Assembly (NCBI GenBank): GCA_032718475.1
Contig: JAUCBJ010001846.1
Location: forward strand, 124,001 to 188,000
From: Nemertoderma westbladi
Lineage: Eukaryota > Animalia > Xenacoelomorpha
Direction of reading: 5' to 3'
DNA: 64,000 nt
The notes below the pieces were generated by a model. It saw only the letters and a program-made list of their open reading frames with translations, was not told the DNA's origin and did no database searches. Shown piece after piece: positions 41,017 through 50,639 of this stretch (the first letter of the stretch is position 1; each line of letters opens with the position of its first letter). Position numbers and translations under genes: made by a program.

Positions 41017-41854
41017 TCGAAAATTTAGTACCCTTCAAAAAAGTAATCAAAAAGCATTGATTGCGTATTTGGTAGCCGGGGATTTACCCAATGAATTAAC
41101 CATTAAAGTTGCTGAGTTATGGCAACAGATAGGGGTGAATATCATCGAGATTGGCGTACCGTTTTCTGACCCCATGGCCGATGGTCCGATCATTACCTCA
41201 GCTCACACCCGTGCTTTATGTCGAGGTCATTCAGCTAGTTTAACCAGTATAGTTAATGAACTAATGCCAGCTATTCGAGAAGTTGTTAATACGCCCATTG
41301 TACTGATGGGCTATGTTAACCCCATTATTCAATATGGCAAGCTATTTGCAAAAGATGCCTACCAAAACGGTGTGGATGGTGTTTTAGCGGTTGATTTGTC
41401 AGCGGAAGAGGCTGATAACTTAATGCCATTTTGGCAATCAGCGCAATTAAAAAATATTTGTTTGTATGCACCAACGACTCCCCCCTCACGTTTGCCACAA
41501 ATACTACAATATGCATCTGGTTTTGTTTATTGTATTGCCCTTAAAGGGGTGACAGGTGCTGATCAGCTTTCAAACCAAGGCTTTGGTAAAGTGAGTGATT
41601 TAAAATCTAGTTGCCCTGATTTATATCAATCTATTACAACATTAAAACAACAAACTGATATGCCAGTGGTCGCAGGCTTTGGAATTAAAGATGCCAAGCA
41701 AGCCAAATTGATTTGCGAAGCGACTGATGGGGTGGTGATCGGCAGTGCATTTGTTGGTTTAATTGAAAAGTGGCATACTCACAGGGACAATCATCTGTTG
41801 TTGGATCAAATAAAGTTTTTCACGCAATCGATAAGATCAGGACTAGATAAGTGA
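41003..41854 (+). CDS. trpA: Tryptophan synthase alpha chain
   Basis: IEIGVPFSDPMADGP, LMGY.NP, GVTG, GFGI, GVVIGSA; ATG at 41003 overlaps trpF. Confidence 0.94.
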   Translation: MNRIDRKFSTLQKSNQKALIAYLVAGDLPNELTIKVAELWQQIGVNIIEIGVPFSDPMADGPIITSAHTRALCRGHSASLTSIVNELMPAIREVVNTPIVLMGYVNPIIQYGKLFAKDAYQNGVDGVLAVDLSAEEADNLMPFWQSAQLKNICLYAPTTPPSRLPQILQYASGFVYCIALKGVTGADQLSNQGFGKVSDLKSSCPDLYQSITTLKQQTDMPVVAGFGIKDAKQAKLICEATDGVVIGSAFVGLIEKWHTHRDNHLLLDQIKFFTQSIRSGLDK

Positions 41855-42753
41855 ATTGGTTTTCTGAATTTATTTCAAAAGGAATACGTGTTTCAGGCGA
41901 ACAAGGCAAAAGCAACTTGCCTGAAGGGCTGTGGAGCAAGTGTGGTAGCTGCGGGGAGACCTTGTATAGTGAAGCGATTAAACAATCGCTCTATGTTTGT
42001 CGGCACTGCAATCATCATATGTATATTCGTGCACGTGATCGACTAAATGCTTTGTTGGATGAAGGGACACAACAAGCGCATTTTAGCAATATTGAATCCA
42101 CTGATCCGCTGACCTTTGTAGACCGCAGAAAATATAAAGATCGCTTGGTTCAGGCTAAAAAACAATCTCAAGAAAGTGATGCCTTGGTGGTCATGACCGG
42201 CAAACTTGAGGGCATGGATGTCACAGTGGCGGTGTTTGAATACCAATTTATGGCAGGGTCGATGGGTTCAGCCGTGGGGGAAAAATTTGTGCGTGCCGTG
42301 CATTTTAGCATGGAAAAAAACCAACCGTTGATTTGTTTTACAGCTAGTGGTGGGGCTCGTATGCAAGAAGGTTTATTTTCGTTAATGCAGATGAGTAAAA
42401 CGGCTGCTGCGATTTCGCGTTTAAAATCAATGGGTATTGCCTATATTTGTGTGCTAACCAACCCCACCATGGGGGGCGTGTCGGCCAGTTTGGGTATGTT
42501 AGGGCATGTACAAATTGCAGAGCCAGGTGCGTTGATAGGTTTTGCAGGGCCGCGTGTGATTGAACAAACAGTGAATCAGGTTTTGCCTAAAGGTTTTCAG
42601 CGAAGTGAATTTTTGCTAGAAAATGGGGCGATTGATGCGATTGTTGATCGGCGTCAAATGAAAACGCAACTAGCCCTTTTGTTATCGATGCTCGCAGTTA
42701 AAACAAACACCAATCAAAATACTGCCTCACAGCCTGATTATTTGCCCCTTTAA
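41851..42753 (+). CDS. accD: Acetyl-CoA carboxylase carboxyltransferase beta subunit
   Basis: LW.KC..C Zn finger, GSMGSAVGE, SGGARMQE, GFAGPRVIEQT. Confidence 0.96.
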   Translation: MNWFSEFISKGIRVSGEQGKSNLPEGLWSKCGSCGETLYSEAIKQSLYVCRHCNHHMYIRARDRLNALLDEGTQQAHFSNIESTDPLTFVDRRKYKDRLVQAKKQSQESDALVVMTGKLEGMDVTVAVFEYQFMAGSMGSAVGEKFVRAVHFSMEKNQPLICFTASGGARMQEGLFSLMQMSKTAAAISRLKSMGIAYICVLTNPTMGGVSASLGMLGHVQIAEPGALIGFAGPRVIEQTVNQVLPKGFQRSEFLLENGAIDAIVDRRQMKTQLALLLSMLAVKTNTNQNTASQPDYLPL

Positions 42754-44042
42754 TGGCAAGTTTAGATTTAATTGATCACCGTTTAAATCAATATTGTTCG
42801 TCTCCCTATTTAATGCGCTTTGACCTGTCTTTTTTGCAGTCAATTGTTAAGCGTTTATTGCCCCAAGGTTTACATTGCCTGTATGTGTTGGTTGGCGGCA
42901 CCAATGCAAAGGGTTCAACCGTCAAGTTATTGGCACATATTTTACAATTAGGGGGTTATCGGGTAGGCAGCTACACTTCCCCCCACTTAAAGGGCTATTG
43001 TGAGCGAATTGGAATTAACCAACAGTTCATTGATCAAGCTAGTTTATTGAAGTTATTGAGCGATATTAATGTTGTGCTTAATCATAAAGAATCATTAACA
43101 TTTTTTGAATTTTTAACCCTATCTGCCCTTGTCTATTTTGAGCAACAGTTTAAAAAGGGGTTGTGTGATATTGCAATATTAGAGGTAGGCTTAGGCGGGC
43201 GGTTGGATGCCACCAATATTGTTGAACCAATACTTAGTATCATCACTACCATTGGTTTGGACCATTGCCATATTTTGGGGGATACAATACAGGCAATTGG
43301 GCAAGAAAAAGCTGGTATTATGCGAAAAGGTAAGCCTGCTATTTTTGTAGCACCTGATGTACCACAATCGGTCACCGATTATGCAAGAGCAGTTGGGGCA
43401 AAGTTGTTGTTAACGGATAAGTGCTTACAGTTTGAAAGGTTTGATGAGGCCACCTGTCTCATCCAAGCCGATCGCAAACATCGACTACGTTTATCACCCT
43501 TTTTGCAAACCCTAGACACCCCTTTGTGCTTGTTAGGTGCTTATCATGGCCTCGGGTGTTTATCACAGTTGGGTTTTTCAGTGTCTGATAAGGCGATTGA
43601 AAAAAGTGTTAGCCAATTTGCTTTAGCCGGTAGACGACAAACAATATTCAGAAAAAACAGGGAATTTTTATTGGATGTTGGCCACAATAGGCAGGCTGTC
43701 GATTCAATGTTGAATTACCTAAAACAGGTGAAAGATAGGCGAGTGTTTTGCATTTTTTATGCTTTGGATGATAAGCCAGTTTGTCAAATAATGACGCAAC
43801 TAAAGCCCCATGTTTTTTATTGGTACATTGTCCATACATTAAATTGCGAACGTGAACCTACCAACAAGCAATGGCAGGTTTATATAAATGAGGCAAACCT
43901 TATTAATTATCAGTTATTTAATGCGCTTGATGAAGTGTTGAGAACCGTTTATCAACAAACAACACCAGATGATTTAATTGTAGTACTCGGGTCGTTTGTA
44001 TTAATTGGTGAAGCGTTAGATTGCTTAGGCCATGAGATTTAA
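42753..44042 (+). CDS. folC: Folylpolyglutamate synthase/dihydrofolate synthase
   Basis: GTNAKGST, YTSPHL, TFFE, EVGLGGRLDATN, DVGHN, LGSF. Confidence 0.93.
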   Translation: MASLDLIDHRLNQYCSSPYLMRFDLSFLQSIVKRLLPQGLHCLYVLVGGTNAKGSTVKLLAHILQLGGYRVGSYTSPHLKGYCERIGINQQFIDQASLLKLLSDINVVLNHKESLTFFEFLTLSALVYFEQQFKKGLCDIAILEVGLGGRLDATNIVEPILSIITTIGLDHCHILGDTIQAIGQEKAGIMRKGKPAIFVAPDVPQSVTDYARAVGAKLLLTDKCLQFERFDEATCLIQADRKHRLRLSPFLQTLDTPLCLLGAYHGLGCLSQLGFSVSDKAIEKSVSQFALAGRRQTIFRKNREFLLDVGHNRQAVDSMLNYLKQVKDRRVFCIFYALDDKPVCQIMTQLKPHVFYWYIVHTLNCEREPTNKQWQVYINEANLINYQLFNALDEVLRTVYQQTTPDDLIVVLGSFVLIGEALDCLGHEI

Positions 44043-44400
44043 AAGGGAGTGGATCGGTTTGTTGGCCATCCTCAGTGTGTTAACAGGGGGTTATTGGTTG
44101 ATACACGGTTCATTTAATTGGTCAAACTGGTTTGCTGCCCAAATAAGTCCTTCATCTGGCTTTATTGGTGAGAAAAAATGGTACCTTGTTTCTGAGGTTA
44201 TAGGTGATTATAGGGCGCGAAGAAATATAGTATGGAATTTAGAAGCCAATGGGTTTGTGGTTCGTATGCACTATGATAAGTACCAACAAATACGCTTGCA
44301 TCTAGGCCCTTACCCCAGTTATGATCATGCAATACATGCCGCTAAATTATTTGATACCTCAATTGTTTTAAGTCCTATTTTAGAAGATGCACATTTTTGA
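44032..44400 (+). CDS. Short membrane-anchored SPOR-domain protein (DedD-like)
   Basis: N-terminal TM, RLHLGPY; position between folC and cvpA. Confidence 0.65.
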   Translation: MRFKREWIGLLAILSVLTGGYWLIHGSFNWSNWFAAQISPSSGFIGEKKWYLVSEVIGDYRARRNIVWNLEANGFVVRMHYDKYQQIRLHLGPYPSYDHAIHAAKLFDTSIVLSPILEDAHF

Positions 44401-44872
44401 TTATTTTGTATTGTTTGTTTGCATTATTTCAGTGTTGCGAGGGGTACAGCTTGGGTTTTTTTCCAGTTTTATTGGTATTTTTGGTTGGTTGTTTGGTTTT
44501 TATTTGGCCGCTAACCATTACCAGATGTTGGTGCCTTATTTGGGGGGTGAAACACAATTCTATTACCCATGGTTACATCAACTGTTGTTGATTGTGGGGT
44601 GTTTGGTGTTGGTGTGGCTTTGTAAATTATTTTTAAAACAAGTGCTGGTATCTAAAAGTTGGCCATCTCGCATGGGCGGGGGGTTTTTGAACTTAATGAA
44701 AACCTTATTGGTATTGTCGCTTTTATGGGCATCGGTTGAGCAACATTGGATAACCAAGCATGATCAATGGCCAAAGCAATCTGTATTTGTTCAAGTATTA
44801 AAAATCGGCAAATACTTGCCTGATGTGTGGTACCAAAAGGTTGTTCAGTTGTTTAGAAGTAGTGATTCATAA
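44387..44872 (+). CDS. cvpA: Colicin V production family protein
   Basis: D......IS.LRG...GF, R.GGG; position upstream of purF. Confidence 0.8.
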   Translation: MHIFDYFVLFVCIISVLRGVQLGFFSSFIGIFGWLFGFYLAANHYQMLVPYLGGETQFYYPWLHQLLLIVGCLVLVWLCKLFLKQVLVSKSWPSRMGGGFLNLMKTLLVLSLLWASVEQHWITKHDQWPKQSVFVQVLKIGKYLPDVWYQKVVQLFRSSDS

Positions 44873-44904
44873 CGATTACTATGAATACAAAGGAAATCCA
44901 TAAA

Positions 44905-45611
44905 ATGAACCAAGTTAATATTCAGTATTATAAGACTAACATCGGAGAATTGATCCTAGGTTCTTTTGATGAAAAGCTTTGCTTGCTTGATTTTAGATAT
45001 CGAAAAATGAGAACAACCGTTGATAACAGGATAAAAAATGGACTTGAGGCTACATTTGTAGAACAAGACGATGAAATTTTAGAAAAAACAAGAAAGCAGA
45101 TTAATGAGTACCTTAATAGAGACAGAAAGCTATTTAGTATTCCCTTGCAATGGTAGGAACCGATTTTCAAAAAAGTGTTTGGAATGCGCTAATAAAAGTC
45201 ACATATGGTTTCACATCAACCTACTTGCAAGTAGCAAAAAATATCAACCATGAAAAAGCGGTTCGAGCCGTAGCCAGTGCAAACGGGGCAAATTCCATAG
45301 GTTTAATAATCCCGTGTCACCGTATCATTGGAAGCAATGGTGAATGGGTTGGTTATGGAGGCGGGTTGCCCGTCAAAAAACGCCTGTTAAAGCTAGAACA
45401 AAGCGATGATGATTTAAGTGATAATGAAAAGTACAATTTTATTGGCAATCAAGATACACGGCGTAATGGACTATTTTTTACCGCTGTAAAGACGACAGGA
45501 ATATTTTGCTGACCCGCATGTAGGGCTAAAAAACCAAACAAAGAGAACGTCATATTTTATAATGCAAAGGAAGAGGCAATAGAAAATGGATATAAAGCTT
45601 GCAAACCATAA
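44905..45611 (+). pseudogene. Methylated-DNA-protein-cysteine methyltransferase (Ogt-like) with C-terminal Ada Zn-binding domain; frameshift and nonsense
   Basis: GTDFQKSVW, RAVASANGAN, IPCHRII; frameshift near 45150; AVKTTGIFC*PACRA (TGA at 45510) ...GYKACKP. Confidence 0.88.
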
Positions 45612-45614
45612 AAC

Positions 45615-45690
45615 TCATAACAATCACATGCACGCAGACATCAAGCGCCGCTCGTTCCTTGTTGTGCTTTTTGGCTGCTAGTGATTTGAG
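45615..45690 (+). repeat. Degenerate attC site
   Basis: TCATAAC R''-like box just after the stop; TCACATGCAC/GTGATTTGA, GCAG/CTGC and AAGCGC/GTGCTT arms around CGCTCGTTCCT; R' end eroded. Confidence 0.7.
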
Positions 45691-45703
45691 TCCCTAGTAG
45701 TTT

Positions 45704-47197
45704 ATGTGCGGCATTGTAGGCGTTTTTTCAAGCTCAAACGATTCAACACCGTTTTCAGCGTACTATGCCCTTAATTTGTTGCAACATCGGGGTCAAGATG
45801 CCGCAGGCATGGCAGTGTCATCGGGTGGGTTGGTGAGCATACATCATGGTCATGGGTTGGTATCCAAGGTGTTTGATCAAAGCGTTTTAGATCGTTTATG
45901 TGGCCATAAAATGGCACTCGGCCATGTCCGTTACCCCACCGCCATGCTTAGAAAACAAGAGGATACCCAGCCCTTTTATGTAAACCACCCTTATGGAATA
46001 ACCATTGCACATAATGGGAATTTAATTAATGCCAAGCAGTTGTATGAATTTTTGGTTGATAATCGGCGCCATATCAATACCCATTCAGATTCAGAATTAT
46101 TACTTAATTTATTGGCCTATGAAATCAGCCTAGATATCAATTTATTGTCAACAACTGTGGTTTTTCAAGCCATTGAGCGTTTGCATCAAAAATTGCAAGG
46201 TAGTTATGCAGTGGTGGGTATGATACCTAATTTAGGCTTGATAGCATTTCGTGATTCCCATGGTTTACGGCCATTGTTGATGGGGGTGAAAACATCCATG
46301 ACAGGCCAATATGAATATATGTTTGCTTCTGAAAGTGCCCCCCTTAGTGCAATGGGGTATGACCTGGTGGGGGATGTAGCGCCAGGGGAGTGCGTGATCA
46401 TTACCTTGGATGGAAGTGTGCATCGAAAACGTTGCACATTGGGGCATTTTAAACACACAGTGTGCGTGTTTGAGTATGTTTATTTTGCGCGGCCAGATTC
46501 TATTATTGACGGCATCTCAGTTTATAAGTCTCGCTTGCGCATGGGTGAGTATTTAGCCAAACGTATCCAGCGTGAGTGGGCGGATAAAAAAATTGATTCC
46601 GTTATTCCAGTGCCCGAAACCAGTCGTGCAGCAGCCATGGCGGTTGCTCAATCCCTTCAAATTCCTTTGCGTGAAGGATTTGTCAAAAACCATTACATTG
46701 GCCGAACCTTTATTGCAGCTACTCAAAAGACACGGCAAGCGATGGTCAGACAAAAATTAAATGCCTTGCCCTTGGAATTTAAAGGCAAACACATATTAAT
46801 TGTGGATGATTCAATTGTTCGGGGCACAACGTCTCGTGAGATTATTCGCATGGCCTATGAAGCAGGTGCGAATAAGGTGTACTTAGCTGTTGCCTCGCCC
46901 CCTGTTCGTCACCCTAATATTTATGGCATTGACATCCCTACCTATCAAGAATTAATTGCACACCAGTGTAGTACAACAGAAATTGCAAAAATTTTAGGGG
47001 TGGATGATTTAATGTATCAATCGGTAGATGATTTAATTCAGGCTGTTCTACCCCCCAATGGCACGCTTGATATTGCATTTGACCTATCGTGTTTTACGGG
47101 TGAGTATGTCACAGGCAATGAAAAACATTATATTAATCAGCTCAATCAATTAAGACAAAACAAGCCCAATGAGGATACACAAACCAGTTTGATATAA
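45704..47197 (+). CDS. purF: Amidophosphoribosyltransferase
   Basis: MCGIVG, QHRGQD, GHVRYPT, HNGN, CVFEYVYFARPDS, VDDSIVRGTT. Confidence 0.97.
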   Translation: MCGIVGVFSSSNDSTPFSAYYALNLLQHRGQDAAGMAVSSGGLVSIHHGHGLVSKVFDQSVLDRLCGHKMALGHVRYPTAMLRKQEDTQPFYVNHPYGITIAHNGNLINAKQLYEFLVDNRRHINTHSDSELLLNLLAYEISLDINLLSTTVVFQAIERLHQKLQGSYAVVGMIPNLGLIAFRDSHGLRPLLMGVKTSMTGQYEYMFASESAPLSAMGYDLVGDVAPGECVIITLDGSVHRKRCTLGHFKHTVCVFEYVYFARPDSIIDGISVYKSRLRMGEYLAKRIQREWADKKIDSVIPVPETSRAAAMAVAQSLQIPLREGFVKNHYIGRTFIAATQKTRQAMVRQKLNALPLEFKGKHILIVDDSIVRGTTSREIIRMAYEAGANKVYLAVASPPVRHPNIYGIDIPTYQELIAHQCSTTEIAKILGVDDLMYQSVDDLIQAVLPPNGTLDIAFDLSCFTGEYVTGNEKHYINQLNQLRQNKPNEDTQTSLI

Positions 47198-47202
47198 ACA
47201 TT

Positions 47203-48369
47203 ATGAAAAAAAGCACCATCCCCCTTCGTTTTGAGCCCCTTGACGATTTATTTCGGGCGAACCATGAACCCATTTATATGACATCCAGTTTTCAATTTAA
47301 ATCAGCAAAGGATGCTTGTGATCATTTTGTGCACGAAAAAAAAGGCTATATTTATTCTCGTTTCACCAACCCGAATGTTGAACTACTTGAAAAACGCTTA
47401 GCCGCGCTTGAAAATGCCAAGTGGTGCATCACCACCGCTTCGGGTATGTCTTCAATTTTAACGCTTTTTTTAATGCTACTAAAAGCGGGTGATCACATGG
47501 TGTGTTCAATTAATGTGTTTGGCTCGACCATTGCCCAAATTAAACATGTGCTGAGCCGTTTTGATATTTCATGTAGCTTTGTACAAGGGTGTGAGATTAA
47601 ACAATGGCAGCAGGCAGTGTTGCCCAATACTAAACTGTTTTTTTGTGAAACCCCCACCAACCCCTTGTGTCAAATTATTGACATTCAGGCACTTAGTGAG
47701 GTTTCCAATCATTGTAGGGCTTATTTGGTGGTGGATAATTGCTTTGCCACGCCTTTTTCTCAAAACCCCCTAAATTTAGGGGCTGATTTTGTGGTGCATT
47801 CTTTAACCAAACATATCGACGGCCATGGGCGTTGTTTGGGTGGTGCGATTTTAGGCAATGACAGCGAGGCGTATGAAACAATTTTTACATTCGCTCGCTG
47901 CGCAGGGGCCACGCTTAGTGCAATGAATGCGTGGTTGTTGTTGGATGGGCTAAGAACGCTTGCTGTTCGCTTAAAACATGAGTGTGAGTCAGCTATTGAA
48001 TTGGCTAGGTGGTTGGTTAAACAATCTCAAGTAAGTCGCGTGTATTACCCCGGCCTTGAAAACCACCCCCATCATCTGTTAGCGAAAAAACAGCAAACCA
48101 GTTTTGGCAATATTGTGGCCTTTGAAGTCAAAGGGGGTAGGCAGTTGGCATGGAAGCTAATTGATTCAACTAGCTTGCTTTCAATTACCGCCAATTTGGG
48201 GGATGTTAAAACAAGTATTACGCATCCTGCCACCACCACCCATGGTCGATTAACCGATCAAGAAAGAAAGAGGGCTGGTATTTTAGATAACTTAATTAGA
48301 ATCTCCGTTGGTTTAGAAGCCATTGAGGATATAACAGATGACCTGTCCAAAGCATTTAGTAAAATTTAA
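47203..48369 (+). CDS. metZ: O-succinylhomoserine sulfhydrylase (Cys/Met PLP family)
   Basis: YSRFTNP, ETPTNP, VDNCF, HSLTKHIDG.GR, ANLGDVK, HPATTTHGRL; follows purF as in Pseudomonas. Confidence 0.85.
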   Translation: MKKSTIPLRFEPLDDLFRANHEPIYMTSSFQFKSAKDACDHFVHEKKGYIYSRFTNPNVELLEKRLAALENAKWCITTASGMSSILTLFLMLLKAGDHMVCSINVFGSTIAQIKHVLSRFDISCSFVQGCEIKQWQQAVLPNTKLFFCETPTNPLCQIIDIQALSEVSNHCRAYLVVDNCFATPFSQNPLNLGADFVVHSLTKHIDGHGRCLGGAILGNDSEAYETIFTFARCAGATLSAMNAWLLLDGLRTLAVRLKHECESAIELARWLVKQSQVSRVYYPGLENHPHHLLAKKQQTSFGNIVAFEVKGGRQLAWKLIDSTSLLSITANLGDVKTSITHPATTTHGRLTDQERKRAGILDNLIRISVGLEAIEDITDDLSKAFSKI

Positions 48370-48379
48370 TCAACAAAGA

Positions 48380-49207
48380 TTACCGGCGAACAAACACCAT
48401 GCGGCCTGTTTTTTCATAAATGCCGCCGCTTACAACATGATTCAAAATGGCGTACTTTCTAAGCGGTGAAAATATAATACGGGCGTATCGCGTATTGTAA
48501 TGATGAGAGCTGTTAGGTTCTAAACTTACATTATTGCCTACGACGCATGAAATGGATAAGTTGGAAGGTAATGAGTTATTGCTGATGGTAAATTCTCCCT
48601 CGTTATCTCCAAATGCGCCACTAGTAGAACCTTCGTATGGGTTTGAAGAGACACAATATCCTCGTACCGTTACATTCGATTTAAGTATAATGTTTTTCCC
48701 GCTATTTGTGGTGCGACATCTTAATTCCATTTCATTAATAGATGCAATAATAGTTGAAGTAGCGTTAAAGTCAGGTACTTCTTCACAATAGCCTTGTTGA
48801 TTAGCTAAAAAAAGTGACTCATAGTTATGCGATTTGCTAGTGCCGTCTACGTTACGATTTAAGCAGTCGGGGTGATAAAGCCCAACAAAACACCACCATT
48901 CTAAGGTAATGGCACTGTGTAAGGAGCCTGAGGGGGTTTTGACCCCGTGCAGTTGAGATAAAATGCTAGCACTTGCGGGGTTGCTAAAGTTGATGATGGA
49001 GTCTTTGTTTGTGTCTCGGTTAAATACATGAATTCTTAAAAAACCATGGTCATCCTTGGCGTTATAATCCATATGAATGGTGGCACTTGATTGATTAATA
49101 GGATTGATGGCTGTGGTTTGAAGATAAAGCGCAAAGCCATGTGTGCTGGTTAAAAAAAGTAGGGCTGTGAGTGCTAATTTAAAAGGGGTTTTATACATGT
49201 TGAGCAT
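48380..49207 (-). CDS. Hypothetical secreted protein
   Basis: Signal peptide-like FKLALTALLFLTSTHGFA, six Cys, Ser/Asn/Thr-rich; overlaps the fmt stop; no recognisable family. Confidence 0.65.
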   Translation of the reverse strand: MLNMYKTPFKLALTALLFLTSTHGFALYLQTTAINPINQSSATIHMDYNAKDDHGFLRIHVFNRDTNKDSIINFSNPASASILSQLHGVKTPSGSLHSAITLEWWCFVGLYHPDCLNRNVDGTSKSHNYESLFLANQQGYCEEVPDFNATSTIIASINEMELRCRTTNSGKNIILKSNVTVRGYCVSSNPYEGSTSGAFGDNEGEFTISNNSLPSNLSISCVVGNNVSLEPNSSHHYNTRYARIIFSPLRKYAILNHVVSGGIYEKTGRMVFVRR

Positions 49208-50141
49208 TTGTTTGTAATTGGTCTCCTGTTTTCATTGTACACCCCCGCAGAAAATTTTCACTACTTTGGGGTGATTTTGATGCTAACTGTAACTTTTCAA
49301 TCAACAATATACCCTCTATGCATTGAACACGAATATCTTTGGAATCGGTAATTTGTATGGTGCCGGGGGGTGTTGTGTTTGTTGAGGTGCCTTTTATTGC
49401 AGTGGCTTGGTGAATGATTACACGCTTTTTTTTCCAAAAACTAAAAGCCTTGGGCCACGGGTATAGGGCTTGTATTTGTTGTTGAATAAATTCTGCAGGT
49501 TTATTCCACTGGATCAGCCCATCAGTTTTTTGAAGTTTAGGGGCGTAGCTGGCCTGTTGGTGGTTTTGGCGTTGGGGGGTGAGTTGTTTTTTTTCAAGGC
49601 TATCAAGGGTTTGGATAATGGTTTGTTCAAGGGTTTGAGCGAGTTGTTCGCTTAGCGCTCCTGAATGCATAGAGGGGGTGATGTCAACGGGGTATTGAAT
49701 GAGAATATCGCCTTGATCAAGGTGGGTGTTCATTTGAATCCAGCTGATGCCAGTTTGGATATCACCATGAAGTATGGCGTTTTGGATGGGGGATGCCCCG
49801 CGCCACCTAGGCAAAAGGGATGCATGTGCGTTGACACAGCCTAGTTTAAAAGTATTTAAAACAGCCAAGGGTAGTAGCAGGCCGTAGGCAATTACCACCA
49901 TACAATCGGCTTGTAGTGATCGAAGTTGTGTTTGGGCTTGGGTATCTAGCTTTTGGGGTTGATAAAGGGGCAGTTGATGTTCTAGAGCGAGTTGTTTAAT
50001 AACATTGGGTTGTTTTTTAAGGCCGCGGCCATGTGGTCGGTCGGGCTGGGTGTAAACGGCTTGAATACGGTGATGGCTTTCAATTAGGGTTTTTAACGCC
50101 CCGTGGGCAAAGGCTGAGCTGCTGGCAAATACAATGTTCAT
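49191..50141 (-). CDS. fmt: Methionyl-tRNA formyltransferase
   Basis: YTQPDRP.GRG, VIAYG, NAHASLLPRWRGASPIQ, YAPKL. Confidence 0.95.
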   Translation of the reverse strand: MNIVFASSSAFAHGALKTLIESHHRIQAVYTQPDRPHGRGLKKQPNVIKQLALEHQLPLYQPQKLDTQAQTQLRSLQADCMVVIAYGLLLPLAVLNTFKLGCVNAHASLLPRWRGASPIQNAILHGDIQTGISWIQMNTHLDQGDILIQYPVDITPSMHSGALSEQLAQTLEQTIIQTLDSLEKKQLTPQRQNHQQASYAPKLQKTDGLIQWNKPAEFIQQQIQALYPWPKAFSFWKKKRVIIHQATAIKGTSTNTTPPGTIQITDSKDIRVQCIEGILLIEKLQLASKSPQSSENFLRGCTMKTGDQLQTNAQHV

Positions 50142-50623
50142 CCCTGTAGTTGGGTTAAAAATCGTACTCTGTCTGATTCGTTTAGATGATCAACAAACAG
50201 CCTGCCACTTAGGTGATCCATTTCATGTTGGATGCAAACGGCCTGAATGTCTTTGAAAGTATTGTGGTGTTTATTTTGGTTAATATCTTGCCAATGTAGG
50301 TCAATTTTTTGGGCACGAATGACGGGTGCTTGAAAACCGGGCACAGACAAACAGCCTTCTTGGTAGGCAATTTGTTCGTATTTGGCATAAATTTTGGGGT
50401 TGATAAAATAGGTAGGGCTTTTTTTATCTTCGCTTAAGTCCATGACAAATAGTTTTAACTGTTGGTTAACCTGTGTAGCGGCAAGCCCAATGCCACCAGC
50501 CTCATACATGGTGGCGGTCATATCACCAATTAATTGTTGTAAGGTGGTATCAAATTGTGTAATGCGTTTGGCTTTTAGGCGTAATCTTTCATCCGGGTAT
50601 TTTAGAATGTTAAGTATTGGCAT
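50138..50623 (-). CDS. def: Peptide deformylase
   Basis: GIGLAATQ, EGCLS, QHEMDHL. Confidence 0.97.
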   Translation of the reverse strand: MPILNILKYPDERLRLKAKRITQFDTTLQQLIGDMTATMYEAGGIGLAATQVNQQLKLFVMDLSEDKKSPTYFINPKIYAKYEQIAYQEGCLSVPGFQAPVIRAQKIDLHWQDINQNKHHNTFKDIQAVCIQHEMDHLSGRLFVDHLNESDRVRFLTQLQG

Positions 50624-50639
50624 AATTAGGGATTTTTAA

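Noticed and set aside
42890-42925. FolC P-loop GTNAKGST instead of GTNGKGST as a sign of inactivation
   Set aside because: A single conservative change with all other motifs intact is not enough to call loss of function.
19213-45611. Programmed frameshifting or stop-codon recoding to explain the split genes
   Set aside because: Several independent lesions per gene, no consistent slippery site plus stimulator, and TGA/TAG act as normal stops in core genes.
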